Shown: one piece after another, positions 1-9,528 of the stretch | Position numbering within the stretch: position 1 is the stretch's first letter | Layout: each line of letters opens with the position of its first letter | Source: Nitrosomonas sp. | Lineage (GTDB): Bacteria; Pseudomonadota; Gammaproteobacteria; Burkholderiales; Nitrosomonadaceae | Length of the DNA: 64,000 nucleotides | Direction: 5' to 3' | Assembly: GCA_021774195.1 (NCBI GenBank) | Contig: JAJFJJ010000049.1 | Location: forward strand, 33,731 to 97,730 | The notes under the pieces: generated by a model | What the model saw: the letters and a program-made list of their open reading frames with translations, nothing else | Told to the model about the DNA's origin: nothing | The model's database searches: none | Made by a program: the position numbers and the translations under genes

Positions 1-114
1 ACCAGACATGTTGATTGCTGAAAAGTGTGCAAATAAATCTTCGCTACCATCATCAGGAGTAATAAAACCAAAACCTTTAGAATCATTGAACCATTTTACT
101 GTACCTGTTGCCAT
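1..114 (-). CDS. Cold-shock protein, CspA family (N-terminal part; gene runs off the left window edge)
   Basis: The reverse complement of 1-114 starts with ATG at 114-112. It reads [38 protein letters not shown], containing the RNP-1 (KGFGFI) and RNP-2-like (FAHF) cold-shock motifs. Not in the ORF track because it is truncated. Confidence 0.85.
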   Translation of the reverse strand, partial: MATGTVKWFNDSKGFGFITPDDGSEDLFAHFSAINMSG

Positions 115-366
115 TTCTACTTCCTATATAAAGAAACTGGGCCGGAAACCCTAACACTATTTGAATTTCAAGACCATGAACGGAAAAACTGGTACCGTAG
201 ATTGCTTGAAGCCAAACGCCACGTAATGTTTTACGCAAATCTGGTGTTAAAGTCAAGTGGTTACCTTATATTTGTAAATAAGACCAGATTGAATGTCTCA
301 AGATACTTGAAAATTTTGCAATAATCGTCAACTATATTAGATGAGAGATATTTGTGTTCATTTTAA

Positions 367-636
367 CTAGTACTCCTTCAACATGATATTGACGGATACA
401 GCGATTACAAGATGTTTCGTCGCAAAGACGCAGCACGCAGATAATGGCTATTCCCTTTTCAAGTGCTGCAACGCAGTGACGAGACATTTTGTGATCGCCC
501 TGCGGGTTAGCTTTTCAGCGCCACTGGCGGCGTTAGGTCTCTTGACAAGGAAATAACCATTGCCAGCGAAACCTGCCTTGCCAGTAACGCTGAAAAGCTA
601 ACTGTATTCGTCAATATCAAGTTGAAGGAGTACTAG
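367..636. repeat. About 270-bp nested inverted-repeat element (MITE-like or structured RNA) between csp and clpS
   Basis: 28-nt terminal inverted repeats ctagtactccttcaacatgatattgacg (367-394) and cgtcaatatcaagttgaaggagtactag (609-636), with 1 mismatch. Inner inverted repeat gttagcttttcagcg (506-520) and cgctgaaaagctaac (588-602), extendable to about 23 nt. Only one copy in this window. Confidence 0.6.
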
Positions 637-661
637 CCATAAATTGGTAGGAGAAAAAGTG

Positions 662-970
662 ATGACGGAAAGTAACAACGAAGCCGTTATACTTACGCAG
701 GGGAAAAACAAACTAAAACCTCCTCCGATGTATAAGATATTATTATTAAATGATGATTTTACTCCTATGGAGTTTGTAATTGATGTATTAAAAATTTATT
801 TTGCTATGGACCAAGAGCAGGCAACCCGAATTATGTTAAAAATCCATACAGAAGGTGTTGGTTTATGTGGTATTTATCCAAGCGACATTGCAAACACCAA
901 AGTTAACCAAGTAATTGAGTTTTCAAGAAAGAATCAACATCCACTGCAATGTGTGATGGAGGAGAACTAA
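662..970 (+). CDS. clpS: ATP-dependent Clp protease adaptor ClpS
   Basis: [25 protein letters not shown] core typical of ClpS, directly upstream of clpA. The ATG at 662 follows a GGAGA Shine-Dalgarno; the ORF track starts at an upstream TTG at 644. Confidence 0.93.
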   Translation: MTESNNEAVILTQGKNKLKPPPMYKILLLNDDFTPMEFVIDVLKIYFAMDQEQATRIMLKIHTEGVGLCGIYPSDIANTKVNQVIEFSRKNQHPLQCVMEEN

Positions 971-971
971 G

Positions 972-3230
972 ATGATTGCCCCAGATTTAGAAGTCAGCTT
1001 ACATATGGCGTTTGTAGAATCAAAACAAAAACGTCATGAATTCATAACTGTAGAACACCTTCTATTGGCTATGCTCGACAATGCAAGTGCCGTAGAAGTA
1101 TTGCACGCCTGCTTAATAAATATTGAAGATTTACGTACCACATTATTAGATCATGTTTCACGTCATACACCGATCATCAATGGCGATAGTGAAGTTGACA
1201 CCCAACCTACACTAGGTTTTCAGCGTGTCGTACAGCGTGCAATTCTGCATGTCCAATCATCAGGCAAAAAAGAGGTTAATGGCGCCAATGTACTGGTGGC
1301 AATTTTTGGAGAAAAAGATTCACATGCGGTATATTACTTGCAACAAAAAGGGGTAACACGGCTGGATGTTGTCAATTACATATCTCACAATATCAGAAAA
1401 ACGCCACTTGAAAAACAATCCAAACCAGCTAATGAAAATGAAACCGAACAAGAACAAACTTCCTCAGGCAGCTCGCTTGAAAATTACACCGTAAATCTTA
1501 ATGTTCTTGCATTAACTAATAAAATTGACCCTTTAGTTGGACGTAACAACGAAATAGAACGAGTGATACAAACATTATGTCGACGCCGTAAAAACAACCC
1601 ATTGTTAGTCGGCGAAGCTGGTGTTGGAAAAACAGCAATCGCTGAAGGCCTGGCAAAACAAATTGTTGAAGAAAATGTCCCTGAATTATTACTCAACCAT
1701 CAAGTCTATGCGCTAGATATGGGCGCATTACTCGCAGGAACAAAATATCGGGGTGATTTTGAACAGCGCTTAAAATCAGTTCTAAAACAACTGATAGAAA
1801 ATCAAGAATCTATCCTTTTTATTGACGAGATCCATACTTTAATTGGCGCCGGTGCGGCGTCAGGCGGTGTTTTAGATGCCTCTAACCTGTTAAAACCCGT
1901 GCTAAGTTCTGGACAGCTTCGATGTATTGGTGCAACAACCTACAACGAATACCGCGGTATTTTTGAAAAAGATCATGCTCTTTCAAGACGCTTCCAAAAA
2001 ATTGATGTCCATGAACCAAGTATTAGTGAAACAGTTGCTATTTTACGCGGCTTGAAATCTCGCTATGAATCTCATCATAGAATTAAATACACCATGGGTG
2101 CATTAACCTCTGCTGCGGAATTATCTGATCGATATATCAATGACCGGCATCTACCCGATAAAGCCATCGACGTCATTGATGAGGCAGGCGCTTTACAACG
2201 TATTTTACCTAAATCGAAAAAGCGTAAAGTGATTGGTAAAAATGAAATTGAAAATATTGTCGCCAAAATCGCACGCATCCCACCACAAAATATTTCATCT
2301 AATGACCGTAACAAACTAAAAACGCTGGATCGAGATATGAAAGCGGTCGTATTTGGACAAGATAAAGCCATAAATTCACTGGCATCTGCAATAAAGATGT
2401 CTAGGAGTGGGCTAGGTAATCCACAAAAACCGGTTGGCTCTTTTCTTTTCTCTGGGCCAACGGGCGTAGGGAAAACAGAAGTTGCACGGCAATTGGCTTA
2501 TGCGCTGGGTATTCACCTGCATCGTTTTGATATGTCTGAATACTTAGAACGCCACGCAGTATCAAGATTAATTGGTGCACCACCAGGATATGTCGGTTTC
2601 GATCAGGGTGGCCTATTAACAGAAACAATCATTAAACACCCTTATTCAGTTTTACTGCTAGATGAAATTGAAAAAGCACACGCCGATATTTTTAATATTC
2701 TATTGCAAGTCATGGATTACGGCACCTTAACAGACAACAATGGCCGTAAAGCAGATTTTCGTAATGTCATAATTATCATGACAACTAATGCGGGTGCTGA
2801 AGCGCTAAGTAAATCATCAATTGGATTTACCCAATCGAAGCAAATTGGTGATGAAATAGCTGATATAAAAAAACTATTTACCCCCGAATTTCGTAATCGT
2901 CTGGATGCAATTATTTCATTCGCACCACTTGACTCAGAAATAATTTTACGTGTCACTGATAAATTCCTCATGCAACTCGAGTCACAACTCCATGAAAAGA
3001 AAGTGGACGCAACATTTAGCAATCATTTACGCCAATATCTTGCTAAAAATGGCTTTGATCCACTGATGGGGGCAAGACCTATGGAACGCCTCATTCAAGA
3101 TACTATTCGTAGTGCACTAGCCGATGAATTACTGTTTGGACGTCTTGTGAATGGCGGAAAAGTAACGATAGATATCGATGCGAATGAAAAAGTAGTCTTG
3201 TTATTCGAAGAAGAAAATGCAGTAATTTAG
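972..3230 (+). CDS. clpA: ATP-dependent Clp protease ATP-binding subunit ClpA
   Basis: 752 aa with two AAA+ modules ([15 protein letters not shown] and [15 protein letters not shown] Walker A motifs), a Clp N-domain, and clpS-clpA synteny. Confidence 0.96.
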   Translation: MIAPDLEVSLHMAFVESKQKRHEFITVEHLLLAMLDNASAVEVLHACLINIEDLRTTLLDHVSRHTPIINGDSEVDTQPTLGFQRVVQRAILHVQSSGKKEVNGANVLVAIFGEKDSHAVYYLQQKGVTRLDVVNYISHNIRKTPLEKQSKPANENETEQEQTSSGSSLENYTVNLNVLALTNKIDPLVGRNNEIERVIQTLCRRRKNNPLLVGEAGVGKTAIAEGLAKQIVEENVPELLLNHQVYALDMGALLAGTKYRGDFEQRLKSVLKQLIENQESILFIDEIHTLIGAGAASGGVLDASNLLKPVLSSGQLRCIGATTYNEYRGIFEKDHALSRRFQKIDVHEPSISETVAILRGLKSRYESHHRIKYTMGALTSAAELSDRYINDRHLPDKAIDVIDEAGALQRILPKSKKRKVIGKNEIENIVAKIARIPPQNISSNDRNKLKTLDRDMKAVVFGQDKAINSLASAIKMSRSGLGNPQKPVGSFLFSGPTGVGKTEVARQLAYALGIHLHRFDMSEYLERHAVSRLIGAPPGYVGFDQGGLLTETIIKHPYSVLLLDEIEKAHADIFNILLQVMDYGTLTDNNGRKADFRNVIIIMTTNAGAEALSKSSIGFTQSKQIGDEIADIKKLFTPEFRNRLDAIISFAPLDSEIILRVTDKFLMQLESQLHEKKVDATFSNHLRQYLAKNGFDPLMGARPMERLIQDTIRSALADELLFGRLVNGGKVTIDIDANEKVVLLFEEENAVI

Positions 3231-3261
3231 TTACACAATTATTAAATATTTATACTCTTTT

Positions 3262-4350
3262 ATGGTAGCGCTTAACCTTTTTATTAGAAGATGGGCGCAC
3301 TTGCCATCGCCTGCTGCTATTTTCTCAGCCCTAATATTAATTTCTATCACGCAAACTGCAGCTGCGCAAACGTATCAATGGCGCCTAGCCATGTCCTGGC
3401 CGGAAGGCACACCAATGTTGCACAATGCGGCTGCACGATTTGCCAGTAACGTAGAAAAAATGTCTGCTGGACGTATGCAAATTATTGTTGATGCGCCTGG
3501 AAGACATAAAGCACCCTTAGGGGTTTTTGATATGGTTCGTTCAGGCGCTTATGAAATGGGTCATACCACATCTTATTACTATAAAGGAAAAGACCCTGCA
3601 ACCACCTTCTTTACCACCACGCCTTTTGGCATGAACCCAACCGAGATGAATGCCTGGTACTACTACGGTGGTGGCTTAGAATTGTTAAACAAAGTCTATT
3701 CACGGCATAATATTGTTGCCTTTCCAGCAGGGAATACTCATATACAAATGGGTGGATGGTTTCGTAAAGAAATTAGATCGCTTCAGGATTTGAAAGGGTT
3801 GAAAATGCGTATACCCGGTCATGCCGGTGAAGTGGTCGGTAGAGCAGGTATGAAACCCGTTAGTATCCCACCAGGAGAGTTATATACTGCACTTGAACGT
3901 GGCACAATTGATGCCGTAGAATGGGTCGGACCCGCGAATGATGAAAAAATGGGTTTCCAGAAAATAGCGCCCTTTTATTACACTGGTTGGCATGAGCCAG
4001 GTGCAGAATTACATGTATTTATCAATAAAGACAAATTTGAAGCCCTACCAGAAGATTTAAAAGCAATGATTCAAATTGCCGCCAAAGAAGCTTCATTCGA
4101 CATGTTGTCCGAATCTTTTTATCGTAATGTAATGGCTTGGGAAGAAATGCGGGAAAAAGGCGACATCCAGATCCGTTCATTTCCTAAAGATGTACTCGAT
4201 GCTTTTCGTAAAGCCAATGATGAATTACTAATCCAAGCGACTGAAGAATCTCCGTTAGTCAAAGAAGTTATTGAAAGTCAACAGACCTTTCTTAATAAAG
4301 CAAAACATTGGTCTAAAATTACTGATGCAGATTATTTACAATTACGATAA
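3262..4350 (+). CDS. TRAP-type transporter periplasmic solute-binding protein (DctP/COG4663-like), with no adjacent permease genes
   Basis: N-terminal signal peptide (ALILISITQTAAAQ). The size and overall sequence resemble TRAP substrate-binding proteins. No DctQ/DctM genes are nearby. Confidence 0.7.
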   Translation: MVALNLFIRRWAHLPSPAAIFSALILISITQTAAAQTYQWRLAMSWPEGTPMLHNAAARFASNVEKMSAGRMQIIVDAPGRHKAPLGVFDMVRSGAYEMGHTTSYYYKGKDPATTFFTTTPFGMNPTEMNAWYYYGGGLELLNKVYSRHNIVAFPAGNTHIQMGGWFRKEIRSLQDLKGLKMRIPGHAGEVVGRAGMKPVSIPPGELYTALERGTIDAVEWVGPANDEKMGFQKIAPFYYTGWHEPGAELHVFINKDKFEALPEDLKAMIQIAAKEASFDMLSESFYRNVMAWEEMREKGDIQIRSFPKDVLDAFRKANDELLIQATEESPLVKEVIESQQTFLNKAKHWSKITDADYLQLR

Positions 4351-4483
4351 TCTATCCAACTGAATATTTAAGATTTATTATTTTTCATATACTGTATCAG
4401 GATCAATTGTCTTTGTTTCTGCTGGTTAATGGTAAGATACGGATTTTCTCAGTGACCAAAAAATTTCAAAGGGCTGATTTAAC

Positions 4484-5731
4484 ATGTTTTCGCAGAAACA
4501 AACTATAGAACAAGTTGACCCAGATATCTGGGGCGCAATGAAAGGCGAGATACAACGCCAAGAAGAATATATCGAATTAATCGCTTCAGAAAATTATGCA
4601 AGCCCAGCAGTTATGCAGGCACAAGGTTCTGTCCTAACAAATAAATATGCTGAAGGCTATCCACGCAAGCGCTATTATGGCGGCTGTATGCATGTCGATA
4701 CCATTGAGCAACTTGCTATTGATCGGTTAAAAGCGCTATACAAAGCTGAATACGTCAACGTCCAACCACATTCTGGTTCACAAGCCAATGCAGCCGTATA
4801 TCATTCCGCATTAAAGCCAGGAGATACCTTGTTAGGCATGTCATTAGCGCATGGCGGTCATTTAACTCATGGCTCATCAGTCAATCTCAGCGGTAAAATT
4901 TTTAATTCCGTCTCCTACGGCTTGCATCCCGATACAGAACAGCTTGACTATGATGAAGTTGAGCGTCTGGCCCATGAACACAAACCCAAAATGATTGTTG
5001 CCGGTGCATCTTCCTACGCGCGAGTGATTGATTGGATGCGTTTCCGCAAAATTGCAGATGCCGTCGGTGCCTATCTATTTGTCGATATGGCACACTATGC
5101 TGGATTAATTGCAGCTGGATTTTATCCTAACCCGGTTGGTATTGCAGATTTTGTAACCAGCACCACACATAAAACATTGCGCGGTCCACGTGGTGGCATC
5201 ATCATAGCAAAACCGGAACACGAAAAAGCTCTAAATTCGGCGATCTTCCCTCAAACACAAGGCGGCCCACTCATGCATGTGATTGCAGCAAAAGCGGTTG
5301 CATTCAAGGAAGCGGCCAGCAAAGAATTTGTCAATTATCAAGAACAGGTAATAGAAAATGCACGCGTGATGGCCAAAGTGCTAACTAATAGAGGGTTGCG
5401 GATTGTTTCTGGTCAAACCGATTGCCATATGTTCTTAGTGGATTTACAAGCGATGAATCTAACCGGCAAGAAAGCTGAAGCGGTTCTTGAAGAAGCACAT
5501 ATAACGGTTAATAAAAACGCCATCCCTAACGACCCACAGAAACCATTCGTCACCAGCGGAATCCGAATTGGATCGCCTGCCATGACAACTCGTGGTTTTA
5601 AAGAAATCGAAGCCGAACAATTGGCTAATATGATTGCTGATGTATTAGCGGACCATGAAGATCCATCGGTAATATCACGTGTTGCAAATGATGCAAAACA
5701 ACTCTGTGCTAAATTTCCGGTTTATGGATGA
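4484..5731 (+). CDS. glyA: Serine hydroxymethyltransferase
   Basis: 415 aa with the PLP-lysine motif [12 protein letters not shown] and SHMT-like sequence along its full length. Confidence 0.97.
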   Translation: MFSQKQTIEQVDPDIWGAMKGEIQRQEEYIELIASENYASPAVMQAQGSVLTNKYAEGYPRKRYYGGCMHVDTIEQLAIDRLKALYKAEYVNVQPHSGSQANAAVYHSALKPGDTLLGMSLAHGGHLTHGSSVNLSGKIFNSVSYGLHPDTEQLDYDEVERLAHEHKPKMIVAGASSYARVIDWMRFRKIADAVGAYLFVDMAHYAGLIAAGFYPNPVGIADFVTSTTHKTLRGPRGGIIIAKPEHEKALNSAIFPQTQGGPLMHVIAAKAVAFKEAASKEFVNYQEQVIENARVMAKVLTNRGLRIVSGQTDCHMFLVDLQAMNLTGKKAEAVLEEAHITVNKNAIPNDPQKPFVTSGIRIGSPAMTTRGFKEIEAEQLANMIADVLADHEDPSVISRVANDAKQLCAKFPVYG

Positions 5732-5760
5732 TTTTTAAATAGCCTGATTATAAATTCAGT

Positions 5761-6243
5761 ATGAAATGCCCTTTTTGTAATGCTGACGACACGAATGTAT
5801 TAGATTCACGTGTTAGTGAAGATGGCAGTAAAATTCGCCGTCGTCGGCGTTGCCAGGCTTGTGATAAGCGTTTTACAACTTATGAGACAGTCGAATTACG
5901 CTTGCCGCAAGTGGTTAAACATGATGGCAATCGATCTGAATTTGACCGTAATAAATTGCTCACAGGTTTCAAGCGTGCATTACACAAACGTCCGGTACCA
6001 GCAGACGATGTTGAAGCCGCAATAGATCGTATTATTCAAAAATTTCTGGGTCTGGGAGAACGCGAGGTTTCATCCCGTAGTATCGGCGAATGCGTGATGG
6101 ACGAATTATACAAAATGGATAAGGTGGCTTATATTCGTTTTGCATCAGTATATAAAAGTTTTCAAGATGTCGATGATTTCCGAGATATGATTAAAGAAGT
6201 ACAAAAGCCACTAAAAAAACAAAACACTAAAAAAACCGAATAA
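5761..6243 (+). CDS. nrdR: Transcriptional repressor NrdR
   Basis: [17 protein letters not shown] zinc ribbon followed by an ATP-cone. The glyA-nrdR-ribD order is classic. Confidence 0.96.
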   Translation: MKCPFCNADDTNVLDSRVSEDGSKIRRRRRCQACDKRFTTYETVELRLPQVVKHDGNRSEFDRNKLLTGFKRALHKRPVPADDVEAAIDRIIQKFLGLGEREVSSRSIGECVMDELYKMDKVAYIRFASVYKSFQDVDDFRDMIKEVQKPLKKQNTKKTE

Positions 6244-6254
6244 ACTACGCCTCG

Positions 6255-6476
6255 TTTATCCTAAAATCCTCAGTTGGATGGTGTTTAGAGTGCGATATTG
6301 TTTCTTTTCGGCAAGGCGCAACGAGAAGTGAACGAGTTATTGCAACGAATTGCGACACAGCAAAAATGAAAGAATAGCGAGGTATACCTAAAAGGTGTGT
6401 TTCATATTAAGAATATTATTCGTAATTTCATGAGGTTGATTTTTTTGTAGCGAACAACTGAGGAATTTAGGTTTAT
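6255..6476 (+). mobile_element. MITE-like repeat family A, copy 1 (222 bp)
   Basis: 17-nt terminal inverted repeats cctaaaatcctcagttg and caactgaggaatttagg, each flanked by TTTAT. Near-identical copies lie at 58043-58286 and, inverted, at 63526-63767. This copy lacks about 22 nt that are present in the other two. Confidence 0.85.
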
Positions 6477-6480
6477 TGAA

Positions 6481-7575
6481 ATGTTTACCCCAGCTGACTA
6501 CACCTTTATGGCTCAAGCGTTACAACTGGCAGCAAGGGGACGCTATAGCACATCCCCTAACCCACGTGTCGGTTGCATAATCACTAAAAATAATCAGGTT
6601 ATCGCCCAGGGCTGGCATGAAAAAGCGGGACAACCGCACGCGGAAATTAATGCACTGCGTTCAACTACAGAAGACGTTCACGGTGCCACCGCTTACATTA
6701 CTCTAGAACCATGCAACCATCATGGACGCACGCCGCCTTGCGCCGAAGCATTAGTTCATGCAGGTGTTAGGAAAGTAATCATTGCTATGCAAGACCCTAA
6801 CCCCCTGGTATCCGGCAGTGGTTGCACATTACTACAACAAGCAGGGATTATCGTAGAAACCGGTCTGTTACAAGACCAAGCCCATCAGCTCAACCTTGGT
6901 TTTATCCATCGAATGAAGGAAAACAAACCATGGGTTAGATTAAAAATAGCGGCCAGTTTGGATGGTAAAACCGCACTAAATAATGGCGCCAGTCAATGGA
7001 TAACCGGTGAAGCAGCACGCCGTGATGGTCATCGATGGCGAGCGCGCTCATGTGCAATCCTAACCGGTTCCGGCACATTAAGACACGATGATCCACAGCT
7101 TACTGTTCGGCATATCGAAACATCAAGACAACCAAAGAAAGTAGTGGTTGATAAAAAGCTAGCCATCCCCTTGGGAGCGAAACTACTGCAAGGCGAAAAT
7201 GTGATTATTTTCACAGCATGTGCAGAGAATAATCAAAAAATTACTGCATTAAAAGAATTGGGCGTACTTGTCATTGTTCTACCGGATACAGGCGGCAAAG
7301 TAAATCTCGTTGACATGATGCATCAACTCGCCAATCTGGAAATTAATGAATTGTTAGTGGAAGCAGGTAGTGGTTTAAATGGTGCCTTAATTCATGCCGG
7401 TCTAGTTGACGAATTGATTATTTATTTAGCGCCCCATTTATTAGGCCATGTGGCACAAGGCATGGTAAATCTGCCAGAATTGAACAGCCTTACAAATAAA
7501 CATTCGCTGGATATCCAGGATGTTCGTATGATTGGGCAAGATATTCGTATTACTGCCAAGTTACATCACCACTAA
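6481..7575 (+). CDS. ribD: Bifunctional riboflavin biosynthesis protein RibD (deaminase/reductase)
   Basis: HAEINAL and TLEPCNHHGRTPPC zinc-deaminase motifs plus a C-terminal reductase domain. Confidence 0.95.
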   Translation: MFTPADYTFMAQALQLAARGRYSTSPNPRVGCIITKNNQVIAQGWHEKAGQPHAEINALRSTTEDVHGATAYITLEPCNHHGRTPPCAEALVHAGVRKVIIAMQDPNPLVSGSGCTLLQQAGIIVETGLLQDQAHQLNLGFIHRMKENKPWVRLKIAASLDGKTALNNGASQWITGEAARRDGHRWRARSCAILTGSGTLRHDDPQLTVRHIETSRQPKKVVVDKKLAIPLGAKLLQGENVIIFTACAENNQKITALKELGVLVIVLPDTGGKVNLVDMMHQLANLEINELLVEAGSGLNGALIHAGLVDELIIYLAPHLLGHVAQGMVNLPELNSLTNKHSLDIQDVRMIGQDIRITAKLHHH

Positions 7576-7576
7576 A

Positions 7577-8140
7577 TTACTCCCTATGTGGTTTTTTTGC
7601 CAGCTTTCGCTGTAGTGTACGGCGATGCATATTCAAGATTCTTGCTGTAACAGATATATTGTTATCATTTTCTGCCAAGATGCGATGAATATATTCCCAT
7701 TCAAGACGACCAACCGATAATGGATTAGCACTAATCGGTGTATCACTATCACCAGAAATGCGTTCAAATGCAGTCATGATCTCATCAGCATCCACTGGCT
7801 TTGCAAGATAATGCGTAGCACCGAGCTTAATCGCCTCAACTGCCGTGGCAATACTCGCATAACCAGTTAGCATGACAATGCGTGTACCTGGATCCAAAGC
7901 TTTTAATTTTTCAACCAATACCAACCCAGATTCACTAGATAATTTAAGATCAATAATGGCATATTCCGGAGTAGAGGCTTCAGTTAACGCCAATGCCTGA
8001 TCAATCGTATGCGCACAGTTGACATCGAACCCACGTTTAATCATCGCCGTTGCCAACACATCACAAAACATCTTGTCATCATCAACAATTAGTAAGTTTG
8101 GAAGTTCATCTGTTTCTATTGAGGATTGTTCATTTGTCAT
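7577..8140 (-). CDS. Response regulator, RegA/PrrA/ActR/RoxR family (REC plus Fis-type HTH)
   Basis: REC domain (LLIVDDD ... IIDLKL) and a C-terminal HTH (NISVTARILNMHRRTLQRKL). The likely ATG at 8140 overlaps the kinase stop codon as ATGA; the ORF track starts at 8179. Confidence 0.88.
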   Translation of the reverse strand: MTNEQSSIETDELPNLLIVDDDKMFCDVLATAMIKRGFDVNCAHTIDQALALTEASTPEYAIIDLKLSSESGLVLVEKLKALDPGTRIVMLTGYASIATAVEAIKLGATHYLAKPVDADEIMTAFERISGDSDTPISANPLSVGRLEWEYIHRILAENDNNISVTARILNMHRRTLQRKLAKKPHRE

Positions 8141-9405
8141 GATGTTTCCCTTATTAGTGGCAAGGTAATCTGCGTACAAGCACCACCATCCTCAAGGTTA
8201 AATAATTGAACACTACCACCAAATCGTTCTATATTTGCATTGGCAAGAAACAAGCCAATACCAAAGCCCTGACCGGGCGCTTTACTACTAAAAAAAGCTT
8301 CACCCGCACGTTGCATTGCTTCGGCTGATAACCCTTCTCCGTCATCTATAATCTCCAAATACAATATGCCCTCATCCCAATGACTTTTAATATCCACACA
8401 ATTGGAAGAAGCATCCGCTGCATTATTTAATAAATTTAATAATGATTGACTTAATAGCTGATTATCCATAATCATTGGTACAGGTTGAGATCCATTGCAT
8501 TGATATGAAAATTTAGCGGTTGGTCGAATCAATTCCCACCGATCTAAAACCTGGCGTAAAAATTCGTCAACCGGTTGCTCACTTCCCTCTTCCGCTCTAT
8601 CTTGTCCAGCTTTGGCTAATAGTTTCGTTAATGTTTGCTTGCAATGCGTAATTTGATCTCGCAGGATATGGATATTTTTTTGGAATACCTTATCATCTGG
8701 ATAGTCTTTTTGTAATTCACCAGAAACGACCGCCATGGTTGAAAGCGGCGTACCCAACTCATGAGCTGCACCGGCTGCCAATGCACCTAACGCAATAATT
8801 TGTTCGTTATGTAATGCTTGTTCACGAGCTTCGGCCAAATCTTTGTCTCGTTCTCGTATAGAAGTACTCATTTTAACCACAAACCACGCAATAATTACGG
8901 TACTTAACACAAATGCCAGCCACATACCTGAAACATGTAAATTAAACTCGATCAGATGTTTGCTATGATCATGAGGCAACGGAATATATTTAAATAATAA
9001 TACGGTATAACAACCAATTGTAATTATTGCCATGACCCAGGTATAACGCCATGGTAATGTTGCCGCAGCAATCGTTAATGGTAATAGGTACAGAGAAATA
9101 AACGGATTGGTTGACCCACCACTAAAATACAATAAGGCACTTAGTACAAAAACATCAACCAGTAATTGAGAAAAAAATTCAAGATTAGATACCGGCCATT
9201 TTTTGTACAAACGTAAACAAGTCAACACATTAATTGTGGCAAGAAAAATAACAACACCGATCATCTCGGTCCAGGGTAAAACAATATCAATCATCCAATA
9301 AACCAAAGAGATTGTTAGACATTGGGCAAAGATGGATATGTTTCTGAGTAAAAAAAGACGTTGTAGATTTTTACTTAATGGAGATTGGCTGAGGTCACTA
9401 AACAT
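8137..9405 (-). CDS. Sensor histidine kinase, RegB/PrrB/ActS/RoxS family
   Basis: Multi-pass membrane N-terminus containing GGSTNPF, which matches the RegB quinone-site heptapeptide GGXXNPF. H-box AAHELGTPLS, a conserved Cys in ITHCKQTL, and a C-terminal HATPase domain. Confidence 0.88.
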   Translation of the reverse strand: MFSDLSQSPLSKNLQRLFLLRNISIFAQCLTISLVYWMIDIVLPWTEMIGVVIFLATINVLTCLRLYKKWPVSNLEFFSQLLVDVFVLSALLYFSGGSTNPFISLYLLPLTIAAATLPWRYTWVMAIITIGCYTVLLFKYIPLPHDHSKHLIEFNLHVSGMWLAFVLSTVIIAWFVVKMSTSIRERDKDLAEAREQALHNEQIIALGALAAGAAHELGTPLSTMAVVSGELQKDYPDDKVFQKNIHILRDQITHCKQTLTKLLAKAGQDRAEEGSEQPVDEFLRQVLDRWELIRPTAKFSYQCNGSQPVPMIMDNQLLSQSLLNLLNNAADASSNCVDIKSHWDEGILYLEIIDDGEGLSAEAMQRAGEAFFSSKAPGQGFGIGLFLANANIERFGGSVQLFNLEDGGACTQITLPLIRETS

Positions 9406-9528
9406 ATTAACAATATTGGTTCATACTTTACTTTTACAACTGGAACATTAGCTTAATTTTTCATATCTGACCATGTGACAATTTGTCACAGGACGATATC
9501 AGAACGGCACATTATAAAAAACTTTCGT

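Noticed and set aside
115-366. Long upstream region of the cold-shock gene as a CspA-type thermosensing 5' UTR
   Set aside because: It is plausible from family knowledge, but I could not identify a cold-box or a defined promoter in the sequence, so it is not reported as a feature.
6244-6480. Possible FMN (RFN) riboswitch in the structured spacer upstream of ribD
   Set aside because: The whole spacer is a copy of repeat family A, which also occurs at two unrelated loci. I could not find the conserved RFN core sequences.
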